Shown here one piece after another: positions 12,301-24,550 of a stretch of DNA of 64,000 nt (within the stretch, counting starts at the first letter, position 1; each line of letters begins with the position of its first letter). The stretch spans positions 1,364,001 to 1,428,000 of the forward strand of contig MU008165.1 of assembly GCA_010909165.1 (NCBI GenBank). Reading direction: 5' to 3'. Origin of the DNA: Anthoceros angustus (taxonomy: Eukaryota; Plantae; Anthocerotophyta). A model generated the notes under the pieces. The model ran no database searches. It saw nothing but the letters and a program-made list of their open reading frames with translations, and had not been told where the DNA came from. The position numbers and the translations under genes are program-made.

Positions 12301-14445
12301 CAGTGTTGTACACATCTTTGACATCATGAACACATAAGTTCATGAAACTTCCGAGAGGCTGCATGTGTCTTAGAGGTGTTCCCCGAAACCAACTTTCCTG
12401 TCCCACCCTACTTTTTGCTCATATCAGTGCCCTTTCGCAGGCTTGTGATGGTTCTTCTGATGATTTCCAAGCAAGTTGTGGAGGTCAAGCTTCTGCAAGT
12501 GGTCGATACGAATGGGATCAAGCCACAGAAGATCGCATTTGTGATCTGTATGATTTATATGTGGAGGTTCTGACCGCTTTCCTACATCAGCAGGCTATGT
12601 CATTTTGGTTGCTTCCAAAGAGTCTACCTTCCCTTCTGTACTAATCGTATCTCCATTCTTGTAACTGCAGGGACTTGACGAACATAAAGGTCCAAAACTT
12701 AGGAAGCTCTATGGCGAGGTTTGTGTGACACTTATTATGTAGGAATGTGAAGGACCCTTGAGGGCTCGTGTCTGCTGGGGCCTTTCATAGGATTGTTTAT
12801 TGTGCTTTCTCTATGGTTTGGACTTTGACATGAGGTGCCTTTGGATTACGTTATCTACAGTTGGCAAACTTGTGGCCAGAAGGTTGGATGGACAATGTTG
12901 GAATCAAGCAAGCTGTTGGTCGAGCTAAAATGCGCAAGAAGAGACTGCTAAAAGCCACGAAGGTAGACAGGACTTTCTGTTCAAAGGGAATGTACTCTGA
13001 AGGGCCTTCAGTAGCATCGTCTTAGTTGTTGTGTGGTTGTCTCAGTGAGGTGTCCTGTTCATTTGCTTGTTCCCTTATTTTGCTATGCGGGAGGGCTGCT
13101 CAGAGTGTTCCATTTGGTTTTAAGGCTGTGTGGAAGATGTTCTGATTATTCTCTTTGCTGTAATTTTTAGGTAAGAAGCAATTGGCAACTGTAGGTATTG
13201 TGTTGGTGGTCCGTGCTGTAAGAAGCAACAAAAGAAATTGCTATGCGTCCAGGAGATTATGAATACAGGATCATATTGTACATGGGGCATACATGGATGC
13301 GTTATGCCTGGGTGAATGTATATGTGACCCGCAAAGTTTCTCTTGTCTTGTAGCTGACCATTGCCAGTTGGACATTCGTTTTTCATTGCAATGTTTCTAC
13401 TTGTGGGTATTAGGCACAGAATCGGGAGGAACCAAAGAAAACGTCAAAGGTTCCTTCTGGGTCTGAGAAGCAGCAAAAGGAAGAGAGAGCAATTCCCAAG
13501 AGCGAGCAATCTAGTAAGCCGAAAATTCCTCGTCCAGATAGTGGACAGATTCAGTCTGCAGTGAAAAAGGAGGTGGCATCTAGTGTGAATGAGGAGTTAT
13601 TGAGTTCGAAGGGAGAAAGGAAATTGAAAAGACCTGCCAGCGACCAAATCAATGAGAGTAAACAGATAGAGAAGGCGAAGAGTAGCGTAAATGGCAAAAG
13701 GTTACAGCAGCAGCCGTTGAAGATGACCAAAAAGAGGATGAGCGGGTTGGTTACGTCTGCAGTGAAGAAAAGCAGCTCTTCACGGGCACCTTCAGGCAAG
13801 CTTAATATCAGTACATACCCTTCTTGCAGTCATGATGAATAGGCGTTGCACCTTTTAGCTGTTGAACCGGTCTGAGTCTTGTCTGCCAGTAATTGCTAGC
13901 ATTCAAAACCTATCTGAACGTGCAGTGGACAGCCAATACAAAAGTATGGCTGTCATTTTCTTCATTGTTGAGTGTACTTTAGGTCTCTAGGACAAGGGAC
14001 ACCCCATGACAGTTATGCATGCAGGGGACTTTGTACAGGGTATGTTGTGTACGGCTGTGTTTCAGTTACCGTCTGCTGCAGATAGTCGGACTCAGTTTTT
14101 GAATGAGAACTGTTGGACAATATAGCATTTGGTAATCATATGGTTGGCACAAAGGCTGACGGAAGAAATCCTGCACGAAAAGCTTGCAGAGTATGTCAAC
14201 AAGGTAATGCGGTGCCATGGCCATGGCTTTCAGATGTCCCAGCCTTCGCTGCTCAAGAGTACCGCTGCTAACACATGCATCTGCTGCAGGTTGATTCGGA
14301 AATGGCACTTGAATATGCTGTGCAAAGTGGGATGGTAGGTGCTGTACGGGAAGAGCTCTACCTCCGAGAGCTTGACAGAAACCGACCAGTCGCTGCGGAG
14401 CTTCACAGCTCTGTTTGCGTAGTTAAACTTTTTAGCGATAGGTGA
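3398..14445 (+). CDS. TOP6B: DNA topoisomerase VI subunit B; exons present but fragmented, partly duplicated and interleaved with ubinuclein
   Basis: Exons [144 protein letters not shown] and [14 protein letters not shown]; stop at 14443-14445. Confidence 0.95.
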
Positions 14446-15012
14446 TAACAACAATTCTGTGGTCGTACTTTGGCGTGATCTCAAATTTGTTACCGTCCAA
14501 GATTAGAAGTATATGTCAAGACGCGGGGTTGCTGTTGAAGGAGTGCGCTACATAGCTGTGCAGCTACACTTCAGCTCCTTCAGAACCCACCACTTCCCGA
14601 AAGGGCAAGGGAACTGTCTTCACAGCTCTGTATTTACCAACGTTGTTGAGATGTTCATTTTCTAGCCTGCATCCAGTAAATCGGAGTTAACAAACGGTAT
14701 CCTGTCGTGGACCAGCATTTGAAGTGGACCTTCCACGTTCCAACTCTTTCAAAATTCGACAAAGCAAACACTCGTACCGGAAAAGTTGGGCAGTAGAGTC
14801 TTTAATAACTAGGAAAAGTAGGACCAGCCAGACTGTACTGTGATAACTGGGCTACTAACGGGGACTCTGTTCTTGTTTATGCTGCAGATTCTCAAAAGCC
14901 GCTCAAAAAACAGAAAGCCGCTGAGCAGCAAGTAGCTGCCAAAGCCAGCCAAGCTACTGTCAAAAGCAGCCCCCCACAACCGTCAGATGCTACCGAAGGA
15001 TCCTCGCCGTGA
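3806..15012 (+). CDS. UBN: Ubinuclein (UBN/HPC2-family HIRA-complex subunit); exons interleaved with TOP6B
   Basis: [34 protein letters not shown] motif [15 protein letters not shown]|[50 protein letters not shown]|[14 protein letters not shown] and [19 protein letters not shown] copies at 3806 and 5986; last exon ends EGSSP* at 15012. Confidence 0.88.
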
Positions 15013-15199
15013 ACTTCATCCAGCTTCATAGATAACTGTCACCCCATGGAGCGTAGACCTCCCTTATTGTAACCATGCATTGTGCTCTCTGGCTGTACTG
15101 TACCATGAGGTGTGCTACACTTTTGGACTGTAAAGCATGTAACCAGGGAGGGAAACCCTGCCCCATCATGAATTCATTTTGAATAGGTAGATACTATAT

Positions 15200-17096
15200 T
15201 TAAACAAAACGCTTCAGAGCCACTGCGTATCTGCCTTTCTTCGTCATAGTAATGTCTCCAATCTGGTCAAAAGAAGCCCATGTGTAAGTGAAATAGCTGA
15301 CGATAATGTTCGAAGTAAATCTTGGGTGTTAAAGCTGACAGCCTCCAACCTCTAGCCTGCCTTTCCCTCGTATTGAAACAATGTCTCCTGACTTGAGGAC
15401 CGTACTGCCCTTCGTAATTTCCTTCCAGTTTACTTTCACATCTCCACTACTGTGCCAAAAAGTTGCCAACTTCAAAGTTAGAATTGCTATCAGCTATTTG
15501 CAAATCTGACAGTTGAGCACAGAACAGACCTGATAAGCTGAGTTAGCTTGCTGCGGGAGATGCGAAACCCAGCACTGGCCAAGGCATCAACCCGCAAGGA
15601 TGCCTCCACTGATTTCAAGTCTTCCTGCCTAGAAAACGGCACAGCAAATTTGTTGTCTTGTATTTCATGACAAGAAATGTTCCACCACCTACACAGTGTT
15701 AACTCACTTGGCTGGTTGTACTTGTAGTGCTGATAAGGGAACCGACTCACAATTAACTGAAACGCTCCGAACCTGTCATATGCAGGAAGTTCAAAAAATT
15801 GTCAGACCTTTAAACTCTTTCTCATTAGACAGATCAGTAGCAGCAAAAGTCAACAAACCTGTGTAAGAGACGTGATTAAGAAATCCAGGAGCTCTGGAAC
15901 AACAATCGCTTGAGCTCCTGTCTCACCCTGCATGGAAATTTGAACTTTCATCTGGACCAATAAGGAATCTGGATGCAATTTATATATCCTCCTGTGCCAT
16001 GGCTAGCCCAGACGATGGGTCTCTCAGTTTTTGGGGATACCTGTACGATTATGTCACCAACTTTGTCTCGACTGATGCCAGTACCGAGAATGGCACCAAG
16101 AAAGTCCGCATGGGCTGCTGGGTCAAACATAAATTTGCCTGAGATGCTGCAGTGATGCATTAGAAGAAGATTCAGCACCATGGTGCAGCCTCAAAACTGA
16201 CAGAATCAATATCACCAGGGTCCTGGTACGATCAACTCTCTAACTGTGCAGAACTGACCTAAGGGCAGCAACAGCGCCATGAAATCCACCTTCCGAGTGC
16301 ACGTCGATGCCTTCCTCTATAGCTCGAATGTGGCCTACGGTCAGTCGACACCGCTCTGCCTATGCAAAATATCAATATTTGGCAGCAGAGGCTAGGTTTG
16401 TGGAATGCGACACACTCAGCATCCCTATTTCCAGTGGAATGCAAGCAAAGCTGTCGACAGACATTGGCTCAACACACTCCAGGAAAAGCTTTCAACCTTT
16501 AAAATCATCATACTCAAGACTGGATAGAGGTTACCTGGGCATATCCGCCTGAGACAGCAACACCAACTTCAGACAATCGCTTGACAGCTGAAAGGGCATC
16601 TTCTAGAACTGGAGGAGTCAGAAAATCAGAATGAGCTACCTCCCAGCGGTCTACAGCCGTTTTCGCCTGTAACATGGCACAGACCCACTAAGACGAGGCA
16701 GTCTCTCTTGAGAGAAACGTCTCTCAAACTTCTTGGCCATACAGAGGGGGAGGGTCATACTTGACAGGTGCTCCCACAACGTACCAGCTCAAGGATATGG
16801 CTAACCACAGCTAAATTCTCCTTCTGTACTCCCACGAGCAATCCATTTTTGTCTTCCCTAGATAGAACAGCAGCATAGCAGAAACCTGCACATTGTAAGC
16901 AAGAAGAAAGCGAGCTGTGAGCATGGTAACAAGACGCAACCGGCTGAAGTATGGGGAATCCTGTAGCCAACTGAAGCACCGGAAGTCCTTTCTCATTCAT
17001 ACCGGAAGTATGAAGGCGATTCCTGGAAACACAGGGTACTGTGTTCACACGAGGCAGAATCGGTTTCACAAAAGCTGCCAGCTTGCAGCAGGCCAT
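15200..17096 (-). CDS. Plastid-targeted YlmH/Sll1252-like S4 RNA-binding protein
   Basis: Exons HSDFLTPPV..GGYAQ|AERCRL, HADFLGAILGTGISRDKVGDIIVQ, KSVEASLRVDALASAGFRISRSKL, GDVKVNW..LKSGDIVSIRGKGRL and KKGRYAVALKRFV*. The N-terminus resembles a transit peptide. Confidence 0.9.
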
Positions 17097-17468
17097 GATG
17101 CTGTGCATCGTTTGCAATGCCGGCAGCCAGTTTGTTCCACCAGGTGTCAGGGGACGAGCCTCCCACACACGTGAATCCTGAACATGGGAAGCTATCGCAA
17201 ATTTTGGAGAAGACCCTGTCTCACCATAATTCACGTACCGTCGGAAGGAACGTTGCAGAAAGCCACTTGATTACACCTTTCACTGATGACGTGTGTTGTT
17301 GCACCACTTCTTTCAACCGCCTGTTTGTCATCAGATGTGCTTGTAGGTACAAGTTGTTCGGTTCTGTAGCTTCAGTACTTGTTGCTGGACCATCGCCATG
17401 GAGTAGTGGGCGATGCTCAGCTGGTGCACGTGATCTCGGTGATGATATTGCAGCTCTCCTGATCACGA

Positions 17469-18810
17469 ATGGCAGGCACTTCTTTCAATTCCCAAGTCAG
17501 GCAGCTGAGGAGTGAAGTTGCAGCTGGAGAAGCATGTGGTGCACATGACGACACTACCGCATCTGTGTACGAAGATGGTGAATTTGCGGTTGAATTTTTC
17601 AGGATCAATCCCTCGAAGAATGGGATCAAAACTCACACGGATTGCAGTGAGGCCAGGGAAGTTGCTGGGGTGACGAGGACGCCTTGCAGACCATTGTTGG
17701 TGGCGGTGCCTGTCAGCAACTCTGATGCTCTTTCATGTTCAGTGCTGATGCTGCTGCATGGATTTTCGCTGGTCAATTCTTACTACTCTCAGCTGATGGG
17801 GCATATTGCGTCTCATGGATACATTGTTGCTGCTCCACAGGTGCTCCTAAGTCACACCTTGCACTCTGTTATTGAAGAATTAGGAAATTTGTTTTTGGCT
17901 GAGAGAGTTTGAGGCATGGCATTGAGACCTTTTAAGTCATCGACTGATAGAGCTGCTTGAGACATCTAGTGTGAGCAATACTTGCAACTTTGTTCTTATT
18001 TTTCAACCTGTCGGAAGATGTATGACTTTGCAGGTCCTGACACATCTAAGGAGGCACTCGAAGCCGCCGAGATCGTGCAGTGGATGAAAGAGGGCCAAAT
18101 GCAGAGGTTCTTCCCACAGAGGGTAGCAAACGTTGAACCTGATTGCGGCAACCTGGTTTTGATGGGCCATAGTCGTGGTGGCAAAGTTGCATGGCAGTTG
18201 GCTCTCGACGCACTACCTGAGTCCCCATATCGTGCAGTGATTGGCCTAGATCCGGTTGCAGGCATGTCCGCCACACAGCAGACAAACCCTCCTATCCTCT
18301 CCCATGTTAAGCATGGCTTCAATTTAAAGATTCCAAGCCTTATTGTTGGCTCAGGTATTGATTCATCATGGGCTTGGTTCTGGGATTGCCCGCCGTCAGT
18401 GGTATTCGCCTCCTTCGCTTTTGGTCCATGACGTTTCTAACAGCTGGTGGATGTGTTCCATTCAATCAGGACTTGGCCCAAAGCCATTGCTGTTCCTACC
18501 ACCGTGTGCTCCACTGGGTGTGAGCCATGATCAGTTCTTCCTCGAGAGTGCCCCTCCTGCCTACCATATCGTTGCATCGGAATTTGGGCACATGGACTTC
18601 TTGGATGATCGTCTCGGAGGCTGGAAGAGGGTGCTCTGCAGAGTCTGTGCAAGAGGTCCAGCACGCAAGCCCATGAGGCTATTCACGGGTGGTTTAGTGG
18701 TTGCATTTCTGAAGGCAATTCTGATGGGGATTTCTGCTCAATTCAACGAGATCCTTCAGAATCCTTTATCCGCACCCATCAAGCTTGAGTCTCCTGAGTC
18801 CTTTCTATAA
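17469..18810 (+). CDS. CLH: Chlorophyllase (alpha/beta hydrolase), 3 exons
   Basis: LLHGF...YYSQLMGHIASHGYIVAAPQ, nucleophile motif GHSRGG, LDPVAG, PPCAP.GVSH and GHMDFLDD; introns about 17841-18017 and 18355-18469. Confidence 0.9.
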
Positions 18811-19047
18811 AGAGCTGGACGTTGCACTTAAGTACACATGCATGTACATACTGAAATTCAGGAAGTTCCACATGCAGATGTTTTAGTTGAACCAGTTGTT
18901 GGGCCGTTGTGAAGACATTTTCCAGGTCCATTTCACAAGCCTAGGTGGTGAGTTTGCAACGAAGTCTGACCTGTCAGCAAGAGAAGATAAGCCGTGCACT
19001 CAACAAAGGCAGCTGGTGCTCACGTTGCCTTCACTACTTTGGGCAAG

Positions 19048-22000
19048 ATGAGTAGGCTGCCATGCTTCTTCCTCATCGTGTTCGTGCTGACAGTTCTGTG
19101 GGTAGGACCCGAAAGGATTTTCGGGAAGGAGTGTACCAACATTCCAAGAAAGAACATATCTCATACACTGCGCTCTCTGGCTCTCAAGAAGCAGGGTGAC
19201 ATCATCACGCATGGACACAGACTACCTTCAACAGGCCCCCTTAGTAAAGGGAGAAACACTGATGGGCCCTCCAGGACAAACCCAAAGAGTACTGCTTCCC
19301 GGTCTGTTCCGAAGAAGAAAAAGCCAACGAAAGTGCCTCTGCCCGTCAATTATGTTCCAAGAGTTGAGCATTTGCCCGTGCACCAAGCAGCAGGCCATTC
19401 TTCAGCGATACCATCTGCAAATCCGTTTTTGAGAACGGATTCTGTCAACGCATCTTCACAGCTATCTGGCGGGCAGTACCCGAACAGCAGCTGCACTGCT
19501 CTGGAAGGCAATTCTGCCCTGGCAAGATCTCATTCAGTTCAAGTATCCCTGCTTAAGGAGGTGCCACTGCACAGAGTCACACTCGCTTCCGACTCAGCGC
19601 AGGGGCGTGCACAAGAGACCAATTTGCGGTACCTGTTGATGCTAGATGTCGATCGTTTGGTTTGGAGCTTCCGAGCAACAGCCGGTCTTTCTGCCCCTGG
19701 AATACCATATGGCGGGTGGGAAGAACCCGACTCCGAGCTACGAGGCCACTTTGTGGGTAAAGTTCGAGACACAAACTTTCCTCCGCCTCTGAGCTGTCCA
19801 CTCTCCATGTGCCGAGATTTATTTTGGGATTCTGCGGTAAACGTTGTTGTTGCAGGTCATTATCTGAGTGCAACAGCCTTGATGTGGGCAAGCACCCACA
19901 ACGGCAGCCTGCTAGGGAGGATGACAAGCGTCGTTGAAGCACTAGGGGAGTGCCAAGATAGAATTGGAACTGGCTACTTGTCTGCGTTCCCGTCGAGTTT
20001 TTTTGATCGTTTCGAAGCAATTGATCGAGTTTGGGCTCCTTACTACACAATTCACAAGGTGCAATGCTGTGACTATAGATGGATGATGTGGTTTACCGTA
20101 GACCAAGGTTGATGAATATCTCTACAGATAATGGCAGGGCTATTAGACCAGTACAGCTTTGCGGACAACCAAAGGGCTTATACCATTCTGCTGTGGATGG
20201 CGAGTTACTTCTTGAGCCGAGTGGAAGCTGTGATAGAAACGTTCACCATCGAGAGACATTGGCAATCTCTGAATGAGGAGACTGGTGGTATGAATGATAT
20301 TATGTACCGCCTCTTCAAGCTAACGGTACCCTTGTTTACTTGTTCATTCCTTCGTTAGACCTTCTCCATTGCCATCACACGGCAGAAGCTGATTTTCTGG
20401 TCAAGCAAAGAATTGGAAGGTTCAGATGACTTGAGTTGCTAAACAGGTCTGTTTGTCTACGCATGCGCGATGGATATGAAATACAGGGTGATCCTGGACA
20501 CTTGAAGCTGGCACATCTGTTTGACAAACCATGTTTCTTGGGTCCGCTAGCTCTTGAGGTTGACATGAATCTACCTACTTAGATGGTGGCTTCTTGTATT
20601 TAGAATATCGTCGTGGCCTTTTCAGCTTTAAAATTCTTGTTCATTCTACACCTGGTGATGGTCATGCTTGCAGACGGACGGAATATCTGGCTTCCATGCA
20701 AACAGTCACATACCCATTGTTGTCGGTTCTCAAATGCGGTATGAGGCAACTGGAGATGTCTTATATCGGGTACGTGGGAACTGCCTTATATCAGTTTAAC
20801 GTGTATCACCCATTCTGGTATTAAAAGTCTGTTTGGACTTCCAGGAGCTTGCGGCGTATTTCATGGAGATCATCAACTCATCGCATAGCTATGCTACTGG
20901 AGGAACTTCCCAAGCAGAGTTTTGGTTTGTGTCTCACAAATAAACCAACAGTCTGATAGAATCTCAAAGAGATCTGAGAGACTCATCCATTTGCAGGCAG
21001 GACCCAAACCGGATTGGCAGCACGCTGGAGCGTGAAAACCAGGAAACCTGTACAACATACAACATGCTCAAGGTTTGTACTTCATACGGTATACTAGCGT
21101 GTTTTGTTTCGCTGTTGTTGGGTTGTGCTTCTTTGGATGACCGTAAAATTTGCGGGAAGTTCATTTTGATGACGATGAAATGACATTACTCTTTGCTGTG
21201 TGTGCTGGTCGATCAGATTGCAAGAAACTTGTTTCAGTGGACAAGGGATGCAAGCTATGCAGATTACTATGAGCGCGCCCTGGTAAATGGTATTCTGGGT
21301 ATACAAAGGGGAGACGAGCCTGGAGTTATGATTTACATGTTGCCCCAAGGTCCAGGCAATTCCAAAGCAATCTCGTATCACGGATGGGGGACAACTTTTG
21401 ACTCGTTTTGGTGCTGCTATGGAACTGGTGCCACTTCTGCAAATCCTCGCCCGCAGACTTATTCAATTTAACAGCCATAAGAAATGTATGGTTAGGAACT
21501 ACGCAAAGAGGGCTTGTACCATGAATCTAGGTTATGTCTCTGTTGCATGTGATGCAATTTGCTTTTGCAGTCACTTATAATGTCTGACAATCATCACGCT
21601 GTTGGTTACAGGCATTGAGTCTTTCTCAAAGCTTGGAGATTCCATCTATTTTGAAGAACAGAGCAGTGGTACAGCTTTGTATGTGACACAATTTGTTTCG
21701 AGTAGCCTGTTTTGGGATGCAGCAGGGCTACTGTTGAACCAAACAGTGCAGGGGCCATCATCTTATGATCCCTGGCTACATGTCACATATGAGTTCTCTG
21801 AGCTTTCGGTAATACCGGTAGTATCAAATTTTTGCAAAGCTCCAATACCTGCAATTCTTCACCTCGTGATGACAACCAAAATTGACTCTCAAGGTATTGA
21901 TGCAAAATAGGGTGCAAGGGCTGGTCAAGCAACCCTCTTTTTGAGAATAGCTTCGTGGACAGATGAATCAAAATGGAACACCAACCTCAACGGTGGTCTC

Positions 22001-23155
22001 ATCCACCCCAGAAGCGATGGCAAGGACTCAGTAACTTATATGGAGCAGAGCTTGTGTCTTGCAAGACCTGTGACAGACCCTCCTAACTTCTACCTGCTGG
22101 TCATGCAGGAAACTTTTTAAGCATAACTCACACATGGCAACCCGGGGATGTAGTAAAGGTTGACATCCCAGTTCTGTTGAGGCTGGAGAGGATAAAAGGT
22201 AGTGTACCACATCTGTTCTTTTCTTTCATTCTGTCATCCAGGGAGAAGCATTATTGGTCTCACCAGCGCATGGCTGTTCACGGATTCCTTGTTTCATTGC
22301 TCAGATGATCGACCAGACTACTCATCTCTACATGCAGTATTGTTTGGTCCCTATGTTCTGGCTGGCATGACTACTGGAGACTGGGAGCTTGGAGCTGTAA
22401 ATGCGAGCTTGCCCTCTTCTTGGCTTTTTCCTGTTCCAGAAGCGTATTCCAAGCATCTTTATACCTTCAGTCAGGGGCCATCAACTTATACACCAGGCTC
22501 TGCATCTGATACTGCTACTGATCAGGCTTTTGTGTTGGGCCATAGGGAGGGATGGGCTGCTATGTCCCCAGTACCTTCCCAGGGTACCAATGAAGCGGCC
22601 CAATCCACATTCAGGCTCGTAACCCCTTCAGTGCCTGCTTCCAGCTTTCCCAAAGCTGTATTAGAACAAGACGGAGTTGTCGACGAAGCCAAACCTCTAG
22701 ATGACTGGGTCTCCCTGGAGCTTTACAACCAACCAGGAAAGGTACTGGCCCACACTGGTGCTGACAGCCAGATTGTTGTGGTTGATGGGTCAGGGTCCCA
22801 TGATGTGGGCCAGCCTGATAACGAGCTCAGTAACCATCAGGAAGGCACAGTGTTCCGGTTGCTGCCAGGACTGTCAGGCACAACCAACTGTGTGTCTTTC
22901 GAAGCTGCCAGCTTACCTGGTTGCTTTCTTTCATCCAACCTGAATTCTGGAGATGGATTGTCCATCACACTCCGCTGTGAGCCAGAAGAAGAAGATCCAG
23001 GCTTCAACGCCTCGACAAGCTTCTTTGCTAGCAAAGGCTTGGCTACCTATCACCCCATAAGCTTCATCGCGGAAGGTCCGATGAATCAATTCCTCTTGTT
23101 TCCCATCTCTGCATACAAGGACGAGAGCTACACCACTTACTTTGATCTGTCCTGA
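19048..23155 (+). CDS. Secreted GH127-family glycoside hydrolase (beta-L-arabinofuranosidase-like) with C-terminal AbfB-like domain
   Basis: Signal peptide then KECTN, RAQETNLRYLLMLDVDRLVWSFR, YGGWEEPDSELRGHFVG|HYLSA, WAPYYTIHK, LNEETGGMND, ADYYERALVNGILGIQRG and FWCCYGTG; last exon 22202-23155. Confidence 0.9.
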
Positions 23156-23559
23156 TACATCCTTTGATTGACGCCATAATTCAGTAACGAACTCTTTAAG
23201 TCAGCAGGGACTTCTATTATGTGTACAAACTGTAATATGTGTACAAACTGAGTTGCTTGATTGATTCTTGCACAACAAAATTCAGCTATTATGTATACAA
23301 AACGCGTTAATTGCTCGATTCTTGCGCAATAAAATTCATCCTAATTTGTGTACAAAATGAGTTAGTTGATTGACTCTTGCATACCTAATAAAAGTTAGAG
23401 GAGAGTCATTTACGTAGTAATCTACACTTATTAAATATTTTAATTTTATTATTTATTTATTATATATTTAACAAGAATATATTTAATACATCTCCATATC
23501 TTGGGAGCAGGTCTCTTGGAACTCTACAGTCAGTTCCACGGTGAAGCACCCTCGATTAA

Positions 23560-23800
23560 GATACTACTGGGATGGGGTTAAAAAAGCCCATTGGAACTCT
23601 ACAGTCAAGCACCCTTTAGTTGGATCACTGCTACTATGGGGTGCTACTCATCCCATGTTGTTAAAAAAGCCCTAAGGGGATTCTTGATGTGAAAACCCTA
23701 CGAGGCCGCCTGTTGTGAAAGTTGTAAGATAACTCCTAATGTAAAAACCCTACGGGGCCGCCTGTTGTAAAAGTCCTACGGGGCTACTTTAAATTAAACC
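23560..23800. repeat. Short degenerate direct repeats in AT-rich intergenic DNA
   Basis: ggaactctacagtca x2, aaaaaagccc x2 and aaaaccctacg(a/g)ggccgcctgttgt(g/a)aaagt x2. Confidence 0.6.
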
Positions 23801-24135
23801 CAGAATCAAGTTCACTATAAAAAATATATGTTGAAATGATGTGATGATATTTGGCAAAAACTCATTACTTATGCTGCTTAGTATTTATTAGACCTCTAAG
23901 CATGTTCCTAACTTAAAAAATGAAGTTATTATTTTTATTATTACTTACTTGTAAATAAAAATAAATTATATTCATCAGAATAAATAAGTATTCAAAATAT
24001 GTTTGTATATCAAGCCTTTTATTTTCCCACCAAATATGTGCACATCTATACGCAGTGAACTTTTGGACTCCACTCTAAGCTCTCACTTCAACAAAAGGCA
24101 ACCCGTTGAAGGCTGTTGAGGCATGAGACTATCGT

Positions 24136-24260
24136 TACTTCCCACATCTAAAGCTCCTCGTATCCACTCTTGAATTGTTGTGTGTTTTTGTTGATGGGTT
24201 GCTTCCCACATCTAAAGCTCATCGTATCCACTGTTGAATTGTTGTGTCTTTTGTTGATGG
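24136..24260. repeat. Tandem duplication of about 62 bp
   Basis: cttcccacatctaaagctc.tcgtatccact.ttgaattgttgtgt.ttttgttgatgg occurs twice back to back. Confidence 0.8.
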
Positions 24261-24550
24261 CTAGCAACTAGTTTGTGTGAAATAAGGTATCAAATTGTGT
24301 TCTTGAAGTTTGTGTGAAGTAAAGTATGAAATTGTGATCTTGAACTTGCTCTCCTTCTTGATCTTGATCTTGGCTTGGTCAGAAACTAATCGTGTTGAAA
24401 ATTTTGCCAAAGAGCGAAGCTGATTACCATATTGCATTATTAGTAGATGGGCAAAGTGCATTACTGCCGGATAAATAAGATTATGAATATGCAGTAGAAT
24501 TTCTTCAACTTTCAATATGTAGTGGACTTTAACTAATTTGTGCTCCAGAC

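Noticed and set aside
3280-15012. Ciliate-style programmed gene unscrambling as the explanation of the interleaving
   Set aside because: No such pathway is known in plants, blocks are duplicated rather than partitioned, and assembly or template-switch explanations suffice until reads say otherwise.
24261-24515. 84-aa minus-strand ORF upstream of IFT80
   Set aside because: No motif or splice support in AT-rich DNA; probably a chance ORF.
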